A stretch of DNA of 64,000 nt from Monocercomonoides exilis PA203 (Eukaryota; Protista; Preaxostyla): contig LSRY02000006.1 of the NCBI GenBank assembly GCA_001643675.2, forward strand, positions 2,013,816-2,077,815, given 5' to 3'. Positions within the stretch are counted from its first letter, which is position 1. Every line of letters begins with the position of its first letter. Both the position numbers and the translations under genes were made by a program. This document shows, in pieces, positions 1-12,900 of the stretch. The notes below the pieces were generated by a model. The model saw only the letters and a program-made list of their open reading frames with translations. It made no database searches and was not told the origin of the DNA.

Positions 1-120
1 AAGTTTGTGAGTACATCCTTTTATTTCACAATTGCAAGTATAAAGACAAAAAATTCAAACGATTAAAATTTGTTGAACGCTCGGAAATAAGAAATGTTAA
101 TTTTTCCTTCTCTTGATCAA

Positions 121-3049
121 TTAGATCTCAAATCGTTCTGATGGATCAAAACAAAAGAATGATTTTGTTCGTCAATAAATAAAAAATGAAAGATCTGCTT
201 ATAAAGTTCTTAATTTTGAATTTTTTTTCTTTTTGAATAATTAAAATAATCATGTTAGAAATTCTATTTTTGAACTTCCTTTTTGGTACAAACAAAAAAT
301 ATAATGAAAAGGATTGACAAAAATAGATGGGAATAAAAATCAATATAAAACTAGCTCTACATTATTCCGCTAAATTTTTCATCTGTTCTGTTGTGTACCT
401 GCGTTTGCCGCCAGGGCAAGTGGTCCGTTGAGACACGATTCGTTAATTAGAATCATTGGCATATCAGTTGTCAGAAGAGAATCAATTGTTGGACGCCTTA
501 AGAAAAATTAAATAAATGTTAATTTTTCATTAAAATTCCCACAAATCAAAAAAGAAAAAGAATTTATTTGAAAAAAATACTTGATAAGAAAAAAATGAAA
601 GTGATAATACTTTGAAGGGTCTTTGTTGAGGCACTTTTTTAACACTCTTCGAAAATATTCTAATTCTGGTGGCATTTTTGGTATTTTAAAGCGAATCTCA
701 CTTTGCAACGCTCTGAAAAATACATAAATAAAGAATCATTCAAAGAAATAAACTGTACATTACAGAAAGGTTTATTGTACATACAGATTTTTCTCTTCAG
801 GGTTCATTCGATTGAGATAAGTTGAGCCGAACAGCAACTCAAACAGAATCATTCCAAGAGACCAAATATCTGAAGCAAGAGTCAAAGAAACATGACCTGT
901 TCATTACATCAAAAAAGAAGGGAAACAAATTTTCATTTATGAAAATAAATAAAAATAACAAATCAATAAATTAACAAATATCACCTCTGTGATGTCCTTT
1001 CGCTCCGAGTGCTTCGGGAGAGATGTAATTTGGTGTGCCAATACCAGTTCCGTGGCTCACAGTCCCATCTTCGCGGTTGATTGACTGAGGACATTCAGGG
1101 AAAAAATGAGTGTTAAAATATTGTACAAAATAATAATGATTTCAAAGTGTGAATTATTGGAATTAAAAGTTAATGTTGTTCAATGAAAAATATACATTTT
1201 CTTTTTTCAATCTCAAAATTAAAAAAAAAAAAAAAAAAAAAGAGGAATCATTCGATTGTGAACTCTCATTCTACCTACACACCTGAGCAATCCCGAAGTC
1301 GATGAGCTTGAGCTGCCCTTCGACAAACACAAAGTTCGCAGGCTTCAGATCAGAATGAACGATGCCCCGTTCGAAGGAGTGTATGCTCTTGACGGCTGTC
1401 AGCATGCCTATCCACATCTTCTTCACAAGGCGGATGGGCAGCGCCGGCAGCAGCGCTGAAAGCTCTGGCGAGCAGCCTTCGATCCAGGAGTCAGGCACAG
1501 ACAGCCCTTTCGACTTCACCTTCGCCAGGAAGTTCAGCTTGTACGAGCGCAGCTCTCTCGCCAGGTCGTGCGAGCCGCGCTCAAAGACAAGCGTGACTGG
1601 CTTGTTGACTGTGAATGGGAGCGTGGGCGTATTGAACAGCTGGATGATTCCTTGCCGGTTGCGCAGGCGAAGGAGAAGAGACACTTCTTCTTCAGCCATT
1701 CGGACAAGTGACTGGAATTGTGTGATATGATCATATGTTAGAAATAAAAAGAGATTAATGTTAAATGACAGTGCAAGTATAAAAATATAAAAATAAAAAA
1801 ATTTATATAAATGAATGAGGATTCCAATGTCTCTTCAAATAAATTGTCATTCTTTACACAAACCTCTTTTTCTAAATGAAGCTCTTTAAGCGCAACAATT
1901 TTCCCTGTTTTGATGTGTGTGGCGCTTTTAACTGTGCCTGATCCGCCTTTTCCGATTTCTTCGATGATTTGAAAGTCTTCTGGGACGAATGTTTCGAACA
2001 AAGTGAACAAGTCAGCGTTTGAAATATTGGAGGAGGTGTGGTGTGAAGATGAAGATGAGGAAGAGGATGTTGATGGAGATGATGATGACGAAGAGGAAGA
2101 CGAAGATGAAGATGGAGGTAAAGGCAAAGACGGTGTGGAAGACGATTGCGAGTAAGAAGAAGAGGAGGAGGAGGAGGAGGATGAGGGAGGCAAAGGATTC
2201 AGAGGTATCCCAGAAAGATGAGCAGCTTGCGGTTTTTGCTGGTGCTGTGCTGATTGAGGCTGCAAGATAGAACCAGAATCTCCGTGCAATGAATGTGAAG
2301 GACGAGGCGTAGGAGTTGGAGGCAAAGCATTTGAACGAACAGGTACTGGGAGATTATGTGGGAGCTGCTGGTGAAAGAAAGACGGTTGTGCTGATTGAGA
2401 TTCATCGTGCGAATGGACAAGCTTCGGAATTGGCTGAATGGACGGCTTTGCGATTTTTGAGTATGAAGGAGTGGAATATGGTGATATGGAATGTGAGGGC
2501 GCAGGAATAGAAGAAGCAAATGCAGACGAAGGTGAAGATGAAGAAGAATATGATGATGATGATGGAGGTGAAGGAGAAGAGCCAAGAATTCTGTTTTCTT
2601 TGCTTTGTGCCTCTGGTTGTTTCTGTGCAACCTGCCGTTGAAGCATCATCGAGATTGGGGGAAAGAAAGGAGCTGACGATGAAGATGAAGCAGACGGCGG
2701 CAAAGGAGCAAATGATGAGCGGGAAGAGGATGACGGGGGAAATGGCGGAATATCTGAAGTGGGGTGCTGAAATGATGAAATGTTTGGTTGTCCTGTGGAT
2801 GGAGAGGAGTTGGAAGGAGCATTGCGAGATGAAATGTTTGACATAGAAGAGAGCTTTTGATAGCCGGAATGAAAATCTAATGAAGAGGAAGAAGAAGAAG
2901 ACAGCGATGGAGACAAGGACGAGGATGATGATGCAGAGGACGAAGAAGAAGAAGAAGAAGAAGAAGAAGAAGAAGAAGAAGAAGAAGAAGAAGAAGAAGA
3001 AGAAGAAGAAGAAGAAGAAGAAGAAGAAGAAGAAGAAGAAGAAGAAGAA

Positions 3050-3085
<36 letters not shown>

Positions 3086-4334
3086 GGTGCGTGAGAAAGA
3101 GAAGGATAAGAGGAGCGAGAAGGTAAAGATGATGAAGAAGAATCATGTGAAATGCTTCGAGCAGGAAATGGAATAGAAGAGGCTGCATCTGCTTTTGAAG
3201 TGGAAGAAGCAGGCTGTGTTTGTTTGAGTGAAATGCGAGATGGTTCAGGGAGTGTGCTTTGAAGTGGTTGAAATGGCAGGTCACGCTTTGCATGAAATTG
3301 AGATTCCATGTTTGCGCTTGTTTTCAATTGATGTGCCGGATAAGAGGAAGAAATATGAGGCGAAGGTAGAGCAGACGCTAATTGAGGGTTAGAAAAAGAA
3401 GGAATGGAAGACGTTGAGAGACTGTTTGCAGTTGAATTTAGACTTTGCAAAGATAACATTGCATCAGAACGTTTTGAAGCATCTTGTGCAGGATCACTTG
3501 TAGAATAAGGTTGTTGTTGTCCTTCAGAAGAAGATTTCAAAAAAGAAAGTGGTTTGGCAGATGGTTGTATTGCCTTTGGTAGTTTTTGAGACAAGTATGG
3601 AAAATTAACTCCTTCTGAAATTTTTGATGAAACAGATGATTGCTGAACTTTCGATAACTGTTGAGAAGTTGAGTTTAATGAGTAATTCCTTGCTTGAACA
3701 TTTTGCTTCAATTCCGATGATGAATCGAAAGATGGTGTTGGAGTCAAACTTAAAGGGTTATTCAATTGTTGGATCGAATTCTTTGGAGAAGCATAAATTG
3801 AAGAGTTAACAAGTTTATTCGACTTTTCAATTGAAAATGAACTTAAAAATTGAAGGGATTCTTTCTTTAAAATTGAAGGTTTGCTTAAATTTTGTTCTTT
3901 CTTTTCAAAGTGGCCATCTTGGTTAATTAGTGCTAATCCAAGACGAGGTATTTCAGGAGTTTTAAATTCTTCAAACAATGGTAGTTCGTGAGCTAATGAA
4001 GATTGAAATCTATCTTTTTTGTTGGCATGCGCTTCAGCAACCCCATCATGATTATCTTTATTTGAATTAACTTCGGAAAGTCCAAAAGTCGATTTGTTAG
4101 ATTGATTTTGTGGAACAGACAATTTTAACCCAAAATCAAAAGACTTTTCCGATTGCAAAAGAGATTGGAGCTCGTTTGAACTTGGATTAGAAGTATCTTC
4201 AACTCTATCTTGTTCAAATTCAGACAAATCTTTCAAAATTCGCTTTTTTGCCCAGTTTTGAAGAGGCCTAAATAAAATTTAAAAACATTATCATTAATCT
4301 TTAATAAAATTTTATTAAACTTGTTGCGTTTCAT
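121..4334 (-). CDS. MPS1: Mps1/TTK-like dual-specificity protein kinase, multi-exon, with long Ser/Pro-rich disordered N-terminus
   Basis: Spliced reconstruction: ATG at 4334 and GT-AG intron 4320-4268 join in frame to ORF 1738..4236. Kinase motifs [41 protein letters not shown] (Mps1-type signature), [23 protein letters not shown] and [11 protein letters not shown] lie on successive exons separated by GT-AG introns (e.g. 1863-1712 and one starting at 1282). The exact last exon and stop are uncertain. Confidence 0.8.
2942..3084. repeat. (GAA)n followed by (GAT)n microsatellite encoding poly-Ser in the kinase N-terminus
   Basis: Directly visible run of about 36 GAA then about 11 GAT triplets; reads TCT/TCA on the minus strand. 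Confidence 0.95.
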
Positions 4335-5074
4335 ATATTTCGCTTTATTACCATTTAATTCTTTTAAATTACAAAAATAAATATAAATCGAATTAATTAT
4401 CCCATTACATTAAATAAAAAATTCTTCAAAATATAATTATCTCTTCCGATGTAAATTTGCATATTTTGCATGAAAAAAAAAGCAAGCAAGCAATTATCAA
4501 ATAAATTTGTTGGAGCCTTTCCAAAAAAGAATGTTAAAAAGGAAGATAGATTGTTTGGAGAAAAAAGATGTGATAAATATGTTCTGTTTCGATGATTGTA
4601 TACGATTGTTCACATTTTTAGTCAGAAAATTTTATAATACGGCATTCAATTTGCTTTTTATATATTTTTTCTTTTTATTGATATTATTTTACTGTTATTG
4701 AATTCAAGTTCATATATTTAATTTTTCCAACAATGATTTTATGAGTTTTTCACATAAGAAAGAGTTTCATTTTATGAAAAAAAAACATAAATTTTGATCA
4801 CAATAATTATCTTCCAATCGATCATATGTGATTTCACTATTGTTCTTTTGAATCAAAAAATTTATAATGAGTATTTATGTTTATCTCAACAAAGAATTTC
4901 AATTTTAATGAAAAAATAAATTTAAAATTCACAAATATTTTTCAGTTGAAATGTTTCATTTTTCTTCTTTTTCAAACACTTTTTGATGCCTTTTATATTA
5001 TTCGACAATATCAAAAATTTTTGGAAAAATGCAATTTCTATTTTTCACAATAAAAATGGGGTGAAATATTTCAC

Positions 5075-5894
5075 TTCATGAATTTTCATTGAAAAATATG
5101 CACTTTTCATTGACTTTCAAAGATCAAAAAACGCAATGAAAATGGGTCGATTTTGTGAAATTCGTGAAATGTTGAAAAACTTTATGTTTTGATTTGAACG
5201 ATGCCTGTTTCAGGATATGAAAATCAAATTTATTTTGAAATCTGAGAAAGTGAAACCAATTTATAAGTGAAGCAATTTTTTGTGCTTTGTGCAAAAAAAG
5301 CTTGAAAGATCGTATTTTCCCTCAAATGATGTTTCTCATGAGAACCCTTGTCAAAAAAAATATGGCAAAAATTTTTTTGTAAACTTCCTTTTGTTTAATT
5401 TTCTAATAAACAAAAAATTTCTTATTTTCATCAAATTTCTGTTCACACTTACGAAACTTTTCTGAATTGAAAATCATAACATCCTTAAGGTTCTAGTTCT
5501 ATTTTTATGAAGTTTAATTAGTGTGAACAGAAATTTGATGAAAATAAGAAATTTTTTGTTTATTAGAAAATTAAACAAAAGGAAGTTTACAAAAAAATTT
5601 TTGCCATATTTTTTTTGACAAGGGTTCTCATGAGAAACATCATTTGAGGGAAAATACGATCTTTCAAGCTTTTTTTGCACAAAGCACAAAAAATTGCTTC
5701 ACTTATAAATTGGTTTCACTTTCTCAGATTTCAAAATAAATTTGATTTTCATATCCTGAAACAGGCATCGTTCAAATCAAAACATAAAGTTTTTCAACAT
5801 TTCACGAATTTCACAAAATCGACCCATTTTCATTGCGTTTTTTGATCTTTGAAAGTCAATGAAAAGTGCATATTTTTCAATGAAAATTCATGAA
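5075..5894. repeat. Fold-back palindrome P1: 375-bp inverted arms (5075-5449 / 5520-5894), 70-bp centre
   Basis: The arm starting ttcatgaattttcattgaaaaatatgcac is reverse-complemented at 5520-5894. Mirror ORFs 5280(+) and 5689(-) give the same peptide. The centre contains ccttaagg near the axis. Confidence 0.95.
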
Positions 5895-7174
5895 CCAAAA
5901 TGTTGGTGATAATTTTTGAAAATATATTTATACAATCAAAATTTTCGAACCAAAAATTTCCCTTGAATATCAACTAAGGAACATTGAAAAGTGGAATGGT
6001 CTTTTAGTAACCTCTTCATCTTCATTTGTGCAAAAATATTCGTTTTTGAAGAAGTTGTGATAATTCTATAATTTGAACACAAAATCTCTTCCAAATGACA
6101 AACAACATTTGAAAAATGAACACCACGAAAAAAGTTATGAATTCAAATAATATCACCCATGTTTTTCGACATTTAGTATGATTTGCAGTGGAATTAAAAG
6201 AGAGATATCATCAACGAAAAAAGGAAATAAAAATCACATTAAAGATTTTTTTTTTAATGAGGAAAACAAGCACCATTGGCAATATATTGGTTCTAAAAGT
6301 ATTTGTATTTTATTGTTAATAAACTTTTAAACTTTAATGTTGTCCTTTTCTATTATCACAAAATTAATATGTTTTGAAGCAGTTGCGAAAAATGATTTAT
6401 TCAAAAATATGAAAATTTTGTCATATGTGTAGGTTTTTTCCCTTGTGTGGGTTTTTTCCCTCACCATCAGATAAAATTCCAGAAACACAGAATTGGAACA
6501 ATGAATGAAAATCGTTTGATAATCAAGTATTTTCATCGTATGTTGCCAAAGTGAATGGTTGATTATTTTTGAAATCAAATTTTTAAAAACAAAATGATAT
6601 GTTGGTCATTATTTCTAAAATCATATCTTTTTTCGGGGAATTGATTTTTCAAAGATTGTTTTCCTTTGGGAAGAAAATTTTCATTCAAGTGCAAAAACAA
6701 TCAGAACTATTTCAAAAGCATGTGCATGATCTGAAATAAAAATCAAGAGGTTTTAAATATGTTTATTCACTTCTCATTGTTTTTTGTTCATATTCCATAA
6801 GAATTTTCGAACCGAAATTTTTGAAAGAACAAACATGATTTCAAAAATAATCACACATGTATGAAATTTTGATTTAAGTGTTTGTGTCTGAACTGTGAAT
6901 AGTTTTGACGTCATGAATGGATAACTTTTCACCTATTCGTCTCATATTAATTTTTTTGTCACAAATGTGTAATGATTTTTTCATTTAAACAAAAAAATTT
7001 CCGTGAATGATGGAAAACTATTAGATTATTAACTCTCTGAGATTTTATTTGATTTTTAAAATAATCACCCAATTAATTATAAAAATTCGAAAAAAATTCA
7101 AAAAATTTTGAAAAAAAAACAATAAAATTTTTAATTTGATAAAAACTTGATGATTATAAAGAAAATTTCTAATA

Positions 7175-9725
7175 CAGTCGGTGCCAAAGCCGATCCTTGG
7201 TGCGAAACCCGAACCAAATGAGAGAGAGAGAGAATGCGTTCATTATCTTTTCGAAGTTGTTTAATATTTCTTCAATGAAAAACTGAATATATTCAACTAT
7301 TCGTTGAAACCAGGTATTTGGCAACATATTTAGTAATTAACCAATGAAATAATAAACAAAGAAAATGTATTTTGTTTGTTTTATTATTGATAATATAAAA
7401 AATAATTGATATGAAGCAATTTTTCTAAAAGAAAATTTGAAATATATTCGTCAAAATGGTCTGAAGACTGAAGTTAAATTCTGCAGTTGTATTTAGAGTA
7501 GTATGTTTCTCTAATGCGTTTCTCTTTCTAATTAAATAAAGGAGAAATTTCTCTGGGAGGGTGATCGAAATCTCTGTTTTCATTTTTTGAAGTTGATTTC
7601 ACTTCTTTTTCATCGTCTTTAAGTATTTCGATTACTCTCTTTACTTTTTTTCTCGATAACTTTTTTTCCTTTGCTGGTTCTTTATTCATCAAATCAATTA
7701 GTTCTTGTCGACTGTGTTTCTTCTTTCGTTTCTTTTCAGAAGAAGATGATGTTGGTTTTCTAATTTCCATCAGCTATTTTTGAAAAAAATGTAAATGCTC
7801 TTTTGTTGATTCAATTTGTTTCAATAGCTCAGATTTATCCATCTCATTTGCTTCTTTTGATGTTTTTTCTTCAGTAGAATTTTCGTCGGTTGAAAATCTT
7901 CTGTGATTAACGATCAACTTTGTAGGTTCTTTTGATATTTCAGAATCTTTTAGAGATGAATATTTTGAAGGTTGTGAAGAAGGTAATTGATTGTCGCTTT
8001 GAGGAGAATAATTCCAAAACAACTCTTCTCTTCAATCTCGCGATGAAACAGAAGTTTTAGAATTGCATTTATGATTTTGGATGGGGGATCCAGATATGCG
8101 ATCCAAAACTGGGGCAGATGCAACAGGCCATACGCCTGTTTTTATGAACGCAGCTTTTATAGTCGAAGGCATTGTCGCAGCAGCAATTGCTTCAGGGAAT
8201 TTGTCGGCAAGGGAAGATCTGTATGAATGCATCGAAAACGGAAGAGGAACGTGAAATTTATTGTGTAGAGTTGTTTCAAACGAGAAAAGATGCACAAGTC
8301 GTACAGTTGCAAGAGATGGGTCAACTTTAGTGGAAAACACTTCATAATAATATTGTGTTCCTCTGCTGCGTTTGCAACAGAATCGTCTGAATAAGTAACA
8401 TGATTATCCATAAGGAACAGGGCTTTATGTGTCGTCGTTGGCTTTTCTTTAGAAACAATCGCAGGTATCCAGAAATTGATCATGACACTTCTAAAAATCT
8501 CTCAAGTCATCCATCCCGATGAGGAAGGAAGAACTTCAATATCGAAAGATGAAAGTGAAGAAAATTCTTGTGGTAAACTTTTCATGGGCCAAAGGAGAAA
8601 TCGCTGAAGTGAAGAACCATCTGCACAGACACACAGACACAAAGTTGAATTAGGTACTTTTGGATGAGCTGTTGAAGCAGGTGGAATTTGTTTTTTTTTT
8701 TTGGACAAACAACCAGTTTGTTTGTTCTTTCACTTTAACAAAACGAAGGTTTATAAATATTAAATATTATCATTGAATTTATGTTATTCCTGCTGCTAAC
8801 CTCAGACAATTCTCCAAACCATTGTCTCACATTCTCTGGCGATTGAGCTGCTTTTTTGATAACTCAATAGGTCTCAAGACTGCTTCATTTATAATTTCGC
8901 TTCTTTTTAATAGCTTGTATGCGTTCTTTTCGTTGAGTTTTTTTGGTTCTTTATTTTCTCCACACACTTTTTCAAGAATATCCGCACACAAAGAAAATAA
9001 TTTTTTAAAAGAAAAAAAAAACCAAAAATAAATCAAACCATGTTCTGGACATCGTGCACTTTAATTGTTTCTTTTTCTGATAATTTTACAAGGACTTGAT
9101 TTTCAATTATTTCGAGCTGGCGCGCGTTAATTATTAGAGGATCCCCATCCACTCCAACATCTCTTCCTTCCTTCTCCGCTTTTACACCTCTGAACCAAGC
9201 ACCTTTGGAAATAATATTTTCTCCAACAACGGTTTGCCATTTCAGTGAATAATCACGGCGTATATCAAATATCTTTTTTGTTGTTGAAGGAATGGAACGT
9301 TATTTGTTGGATGCGAGTTCGCGATGAAGTTGAAGAGGAGAAAGATATGTAGAGTTACTCATGACATATGGTGTATGATCAGATGAATAATCAATTAAAC
9401 TTTTGATTAGAGATGTATTTGTTAATTGTAATATGTAAATAATATATTTTAATTTTAAAATAAAACATATTAAAATATTTGGATTTATTTCTTTTTGTTG
9501 CGAGCACTAAAAATAAAAGATGTATTGGTTTCAAAAAACATCAACGAAAATAATGAATTGTGTACTTGTTGTTTCTTTTTATTAATTTATGATTATTCCA
9601 CATGCAACTGCCTTGGAAATATTTTACAAAAAATTCAATATAGAGATAATTTTACTGAAATGAACAAGATCAATGTGAATGCAAGGATCGGGTTTCGCAC
9701 TAAGGATCGGCTTTGGCACCGACTG
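7175..9725 (-). mobile_element. Tc1/mariner-superfamily pogo-like DNA transposon, 38-bp TIRs, TA target-site duplication, decayed transposase
   Basis: Left TIR cagtcggtgccaaagccgatccttggtgcgaaacccga (7175-7212) matches right TIR 9688-9725 at 37/38. TA flanks both ends (7173-7174, 9726-9727). Confidence 0.93.
7528..9362 (-). pseudogene. Degenerate DDE_1 (pogo/CENP-B-like) transposase
   Basis: Fragments TLCLCVCADGS..LLWP, SSSGWMT, ALFLMDNH, THLLQLYDLCIFSRLK and IKAAFIKTGVWP are broken by stops and frameshifts. Probable intron after ...VQNM at about 9038. The K/E-rich 3' fragments are assigned by position only. Confidence 0.85.
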
Positions 9726-9991
9726 TATTTGTGTTTAAGAAAAAATTTTAACTTTATCGCTTTTTCTTGAAAATATCTCCATTTTTCAAAACAAGTTGTG
9801 CTTTATAAGAAAAGATAAAACAAATTATTCCATCGTCTTCCAACAGTTTTTTTGAATATTTTTCGAACAACTATATTTGGCAAAAATATAATTTATTAAT
9901 TCAAAAGAAACAAGCATACAAAACATTTTACAAAACAAAAAGGGGAAAATGAAATGACAATCTTATTAAAAATAGATGAAATGATTGAGTT

Positions 9992-12900
9992 TTATTTTTT
10001 TGAAGTGAGTGTTCCAAACAAAGAAGAGCGACCTGTTGGGGTTGTTGCCCTTTTTTGCCCTGTTGATTGTTTTTGCTGGGTAACTATCGACGCAAAAACT
10101 CCTGGTCTAGTTGTGATAGTTGATGTTAATGAAGATGAAGACGAAGGTGTTGTTGAACGTGAACAAGGATATCCCCCTGTTTGCTGTGAATCTAATGTTG
10201 ATGGAGAAGACAACGTATGAGTCCCAGCTTTGCTCTGCAGTCGATTGACTGACAAAGCTGGAGAAGGTTGATATGATGATGCAGCGACTTTTGTATTCAT
10301 GGACTTTGTATCCAATTTTCCATCATCATTAGAAGAAGAAGATTCTGCCTGTGCGACTTGCTTTTGTTCCTGCTCAGTCATCTCACGCAAATGTAGAGGT
10401 AATCTAGAATTTCCACTTTCCTTAAATAACCCACCAACAATCACAGTTGGTGTTACACGTTTTGGAGGTGAACTAGATGCTCCACCAGAAACTGTTCCAC
10501 TTTGCAAAGTAGATGCTGCACCACTTCCATCTCCAATTGCAGATAAATATTCCAACCCTGACTTTGTTGCACTTGGCTGCTGAGTCAATCTTGCTTCCAT
10601 TTCGCTTAATTTTTTCCGCAAGTCATCATTTTCCCTCCGTGCTGCCTGTAGTCTATCAGCCAAGCCATCATGCCTTCTCTTCCATATAACCAAATCATCC
10701 ATCTGACTCTCTCGACTCATACTTCCACTGCTTGCCAGACGCATTGATAGCGACGAAGAAGGTCTATCTTTTGCATCAGTTACTCCTCCAGTGCCTCTTG
10801 TCCTGTACACGCTCATTGAAGTCGCAGATCGTGTTGTATGTGGAGTAGAAGCTCGAGTGCGTGCTGGTGAACTTGATTGCGAGGAGGAACCCAAAAGCAT
10901 TGAACTTCCCTTTTGCTCATCATTTGAAGTTGCTGAACGATCAGGAAGATCTGAGAGTGTATCGAGGAAAGGAGAAGAAAGCTCATCTAACACTCCTCCA
11001 CCCCTTCCAGTTCCAATGCTTACCTCAGCTCTTTCATCACCTCCAGCTCCTCCACCAATCCCACTAAGTCCTGTTGACTCAAGCCAACCCCGAATCTCGT
11101 CCAGCTTGTTCATTGCATCTTCTTTCACTCTTTTTTCTTGCGTGATAATTTTCCGAAGGCGTTGTATTTCTTTCCCGAAATGCTCTTCAATTTGTGAAGC
11201 TGTCTTTTGCGCTTTCACTTCTGATCCTTCTGCAATTTTCAGTTCGTTTTCTTTTCGTTCCAACTCCAAATACAGCTTGTCAATATCCACATTGCTCCAT
11301 CGACGATACTTTGCAAGCTGTTCTTCAAGCTGTTTCAGCACACGAGACTTTGTTGCTTTCCATTCCATCAACTGTGTTTTGTTTCGACTCTGCACATCCA
11401 AATCATACTGCACCGTTTCCAGCTTTGAAACAGCATCATTCAGTTTAGTATTGCTCTGTTCCAACTGCAGCTCAAGCATCCGAATCTTTGCATCTCGTTC
11501 TTGTATCGATTCAAAGTTCTGTTCTCTTTCGAACTCTATTGCCTTTTCCAATTCTTCTGTTTTCTGCGACATTTGCTTCTTCAGCTCAAACTGCGAAACA
11601 CGCGATTCGTTCTCCAATGTGGCAACTTGTTTTTCGAGTTCTGCATTACTTTGCCTAAGTTGTACCAACTCACGTGTAACGTCACGATTCCCAAACACGC
11701 TCGAAGTTCCACTAAGAGCACCGGTGCCAGAATTTACATATCGCTGCTGACCGTGGCCAGATGCATTCGCAGATGTTATAGAAGGTGCAGCTCCTGGAGC
11801 AGGCGATGTTGTTCTCAATCCTTTTGCAACGTCTCTGAATCCGCTGCCAGGAGCATAAGGAACAGTACCTGCAGCACTAGAAGATCCAGCCATACTTCCG
11901 CCAACTCCACTTCCTGCTGCTCCAGTTCCAGTAGATGCGACACTTATCTTATTCAGAGAGTCCATTGTGAGTTGATGCAGAGTCAAAATGGCACTGTTTT
12001 GCATTTCTCCTTTGTACTTTCTGAAGTTACCTTCAGCAGCGAGCAGCTCTGCCTGCAACTTAGAGATAAGATCATCATATTCCATTTTCACCTCTTTCCG
12101 TATTGCCTCATCTTGTAAGCTCAATGTTTTCTCAAGTTTAGTTACCATATTTCTCAGTCTTTCTATTTCAAACACAAAATTCACTGCTCTCTCAGCTATC
12201 TCGCTTTGCACTCTCCTTCTCATCATTTGCTCCCTTACAGCTTCCTCTTTCTTCATCACCGTCAGTTCGCGTTCAGCATCGCTTAGACGCTGCAAGAACG
12301 CCTCGCCTAACAGCTGGGTTGACATTTGCCCTTGCTTCTGCCGTTCGTCACCCCAAACGCATAGTCCCTGAAGTATATCTTCCATTGATGACATAAACAA
12401 AGAGCGAGTGAATAGTATTGCACTGTCATCGTTATCTGTAGTTACAGATATTCCTCTTCTCAGAAGCAAAGACACGGCTTCACTCACAATGCCCACTTTC
12501 TCTTCCCATGCTGCATCCTCTGCTGCGGAAGGTAGCATAACAGCTGTTCCCGAAGGAAAGAACGGAACAATCGTTGAGTTTCCACTCGCTGAAGATGATG
12601 GCGAATGAACTGCAAGGGGAAGATATGATGCAACTAATGATGATGCTCCTCGTTTGCGACGAGGAATAAGCGAAGCGATATTTGAAAGAGTGTTTCTCTC
12701 ACCATCGATGCCTGATCCACCAGAAGCAGATGCTATTGAAGATGAAGCGCCAGATGGTAATGTCGCTGTTGGAACTATAGCTGCTGCAGCTACTGTAAGC
12801 TCCGATCCAAGCTCAACATCCTTCCTGGCTTGCTCTTCCACAATCTGAGCAAAGAGAATCTCACAATTCATCTCCACAAGAACCATTGCATCAAAAATTA

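Noticed and set aside
2877-3293. Poly-K/poly-M and poly-H/poly-L ORFs
   Set aside because: Alternative frames of the GAA/GAT microsatellite within the kinase gene.
5280-5689. Pair of identical short ORFs on opposite strands (also 36170/36583)
   Set aside because: By-products of palindrome symmetry in AT-rich DNA; non-ATG starts and no coding signal.
9112-9146. Polylinker-like string ttcgagctggcgcgcgttaattattagaggatcccc
   Set aside because: The sites are imperfect and the stretch reads in frame as part of the transposase N-terminus (GDPLIINARQLEI); not vector.
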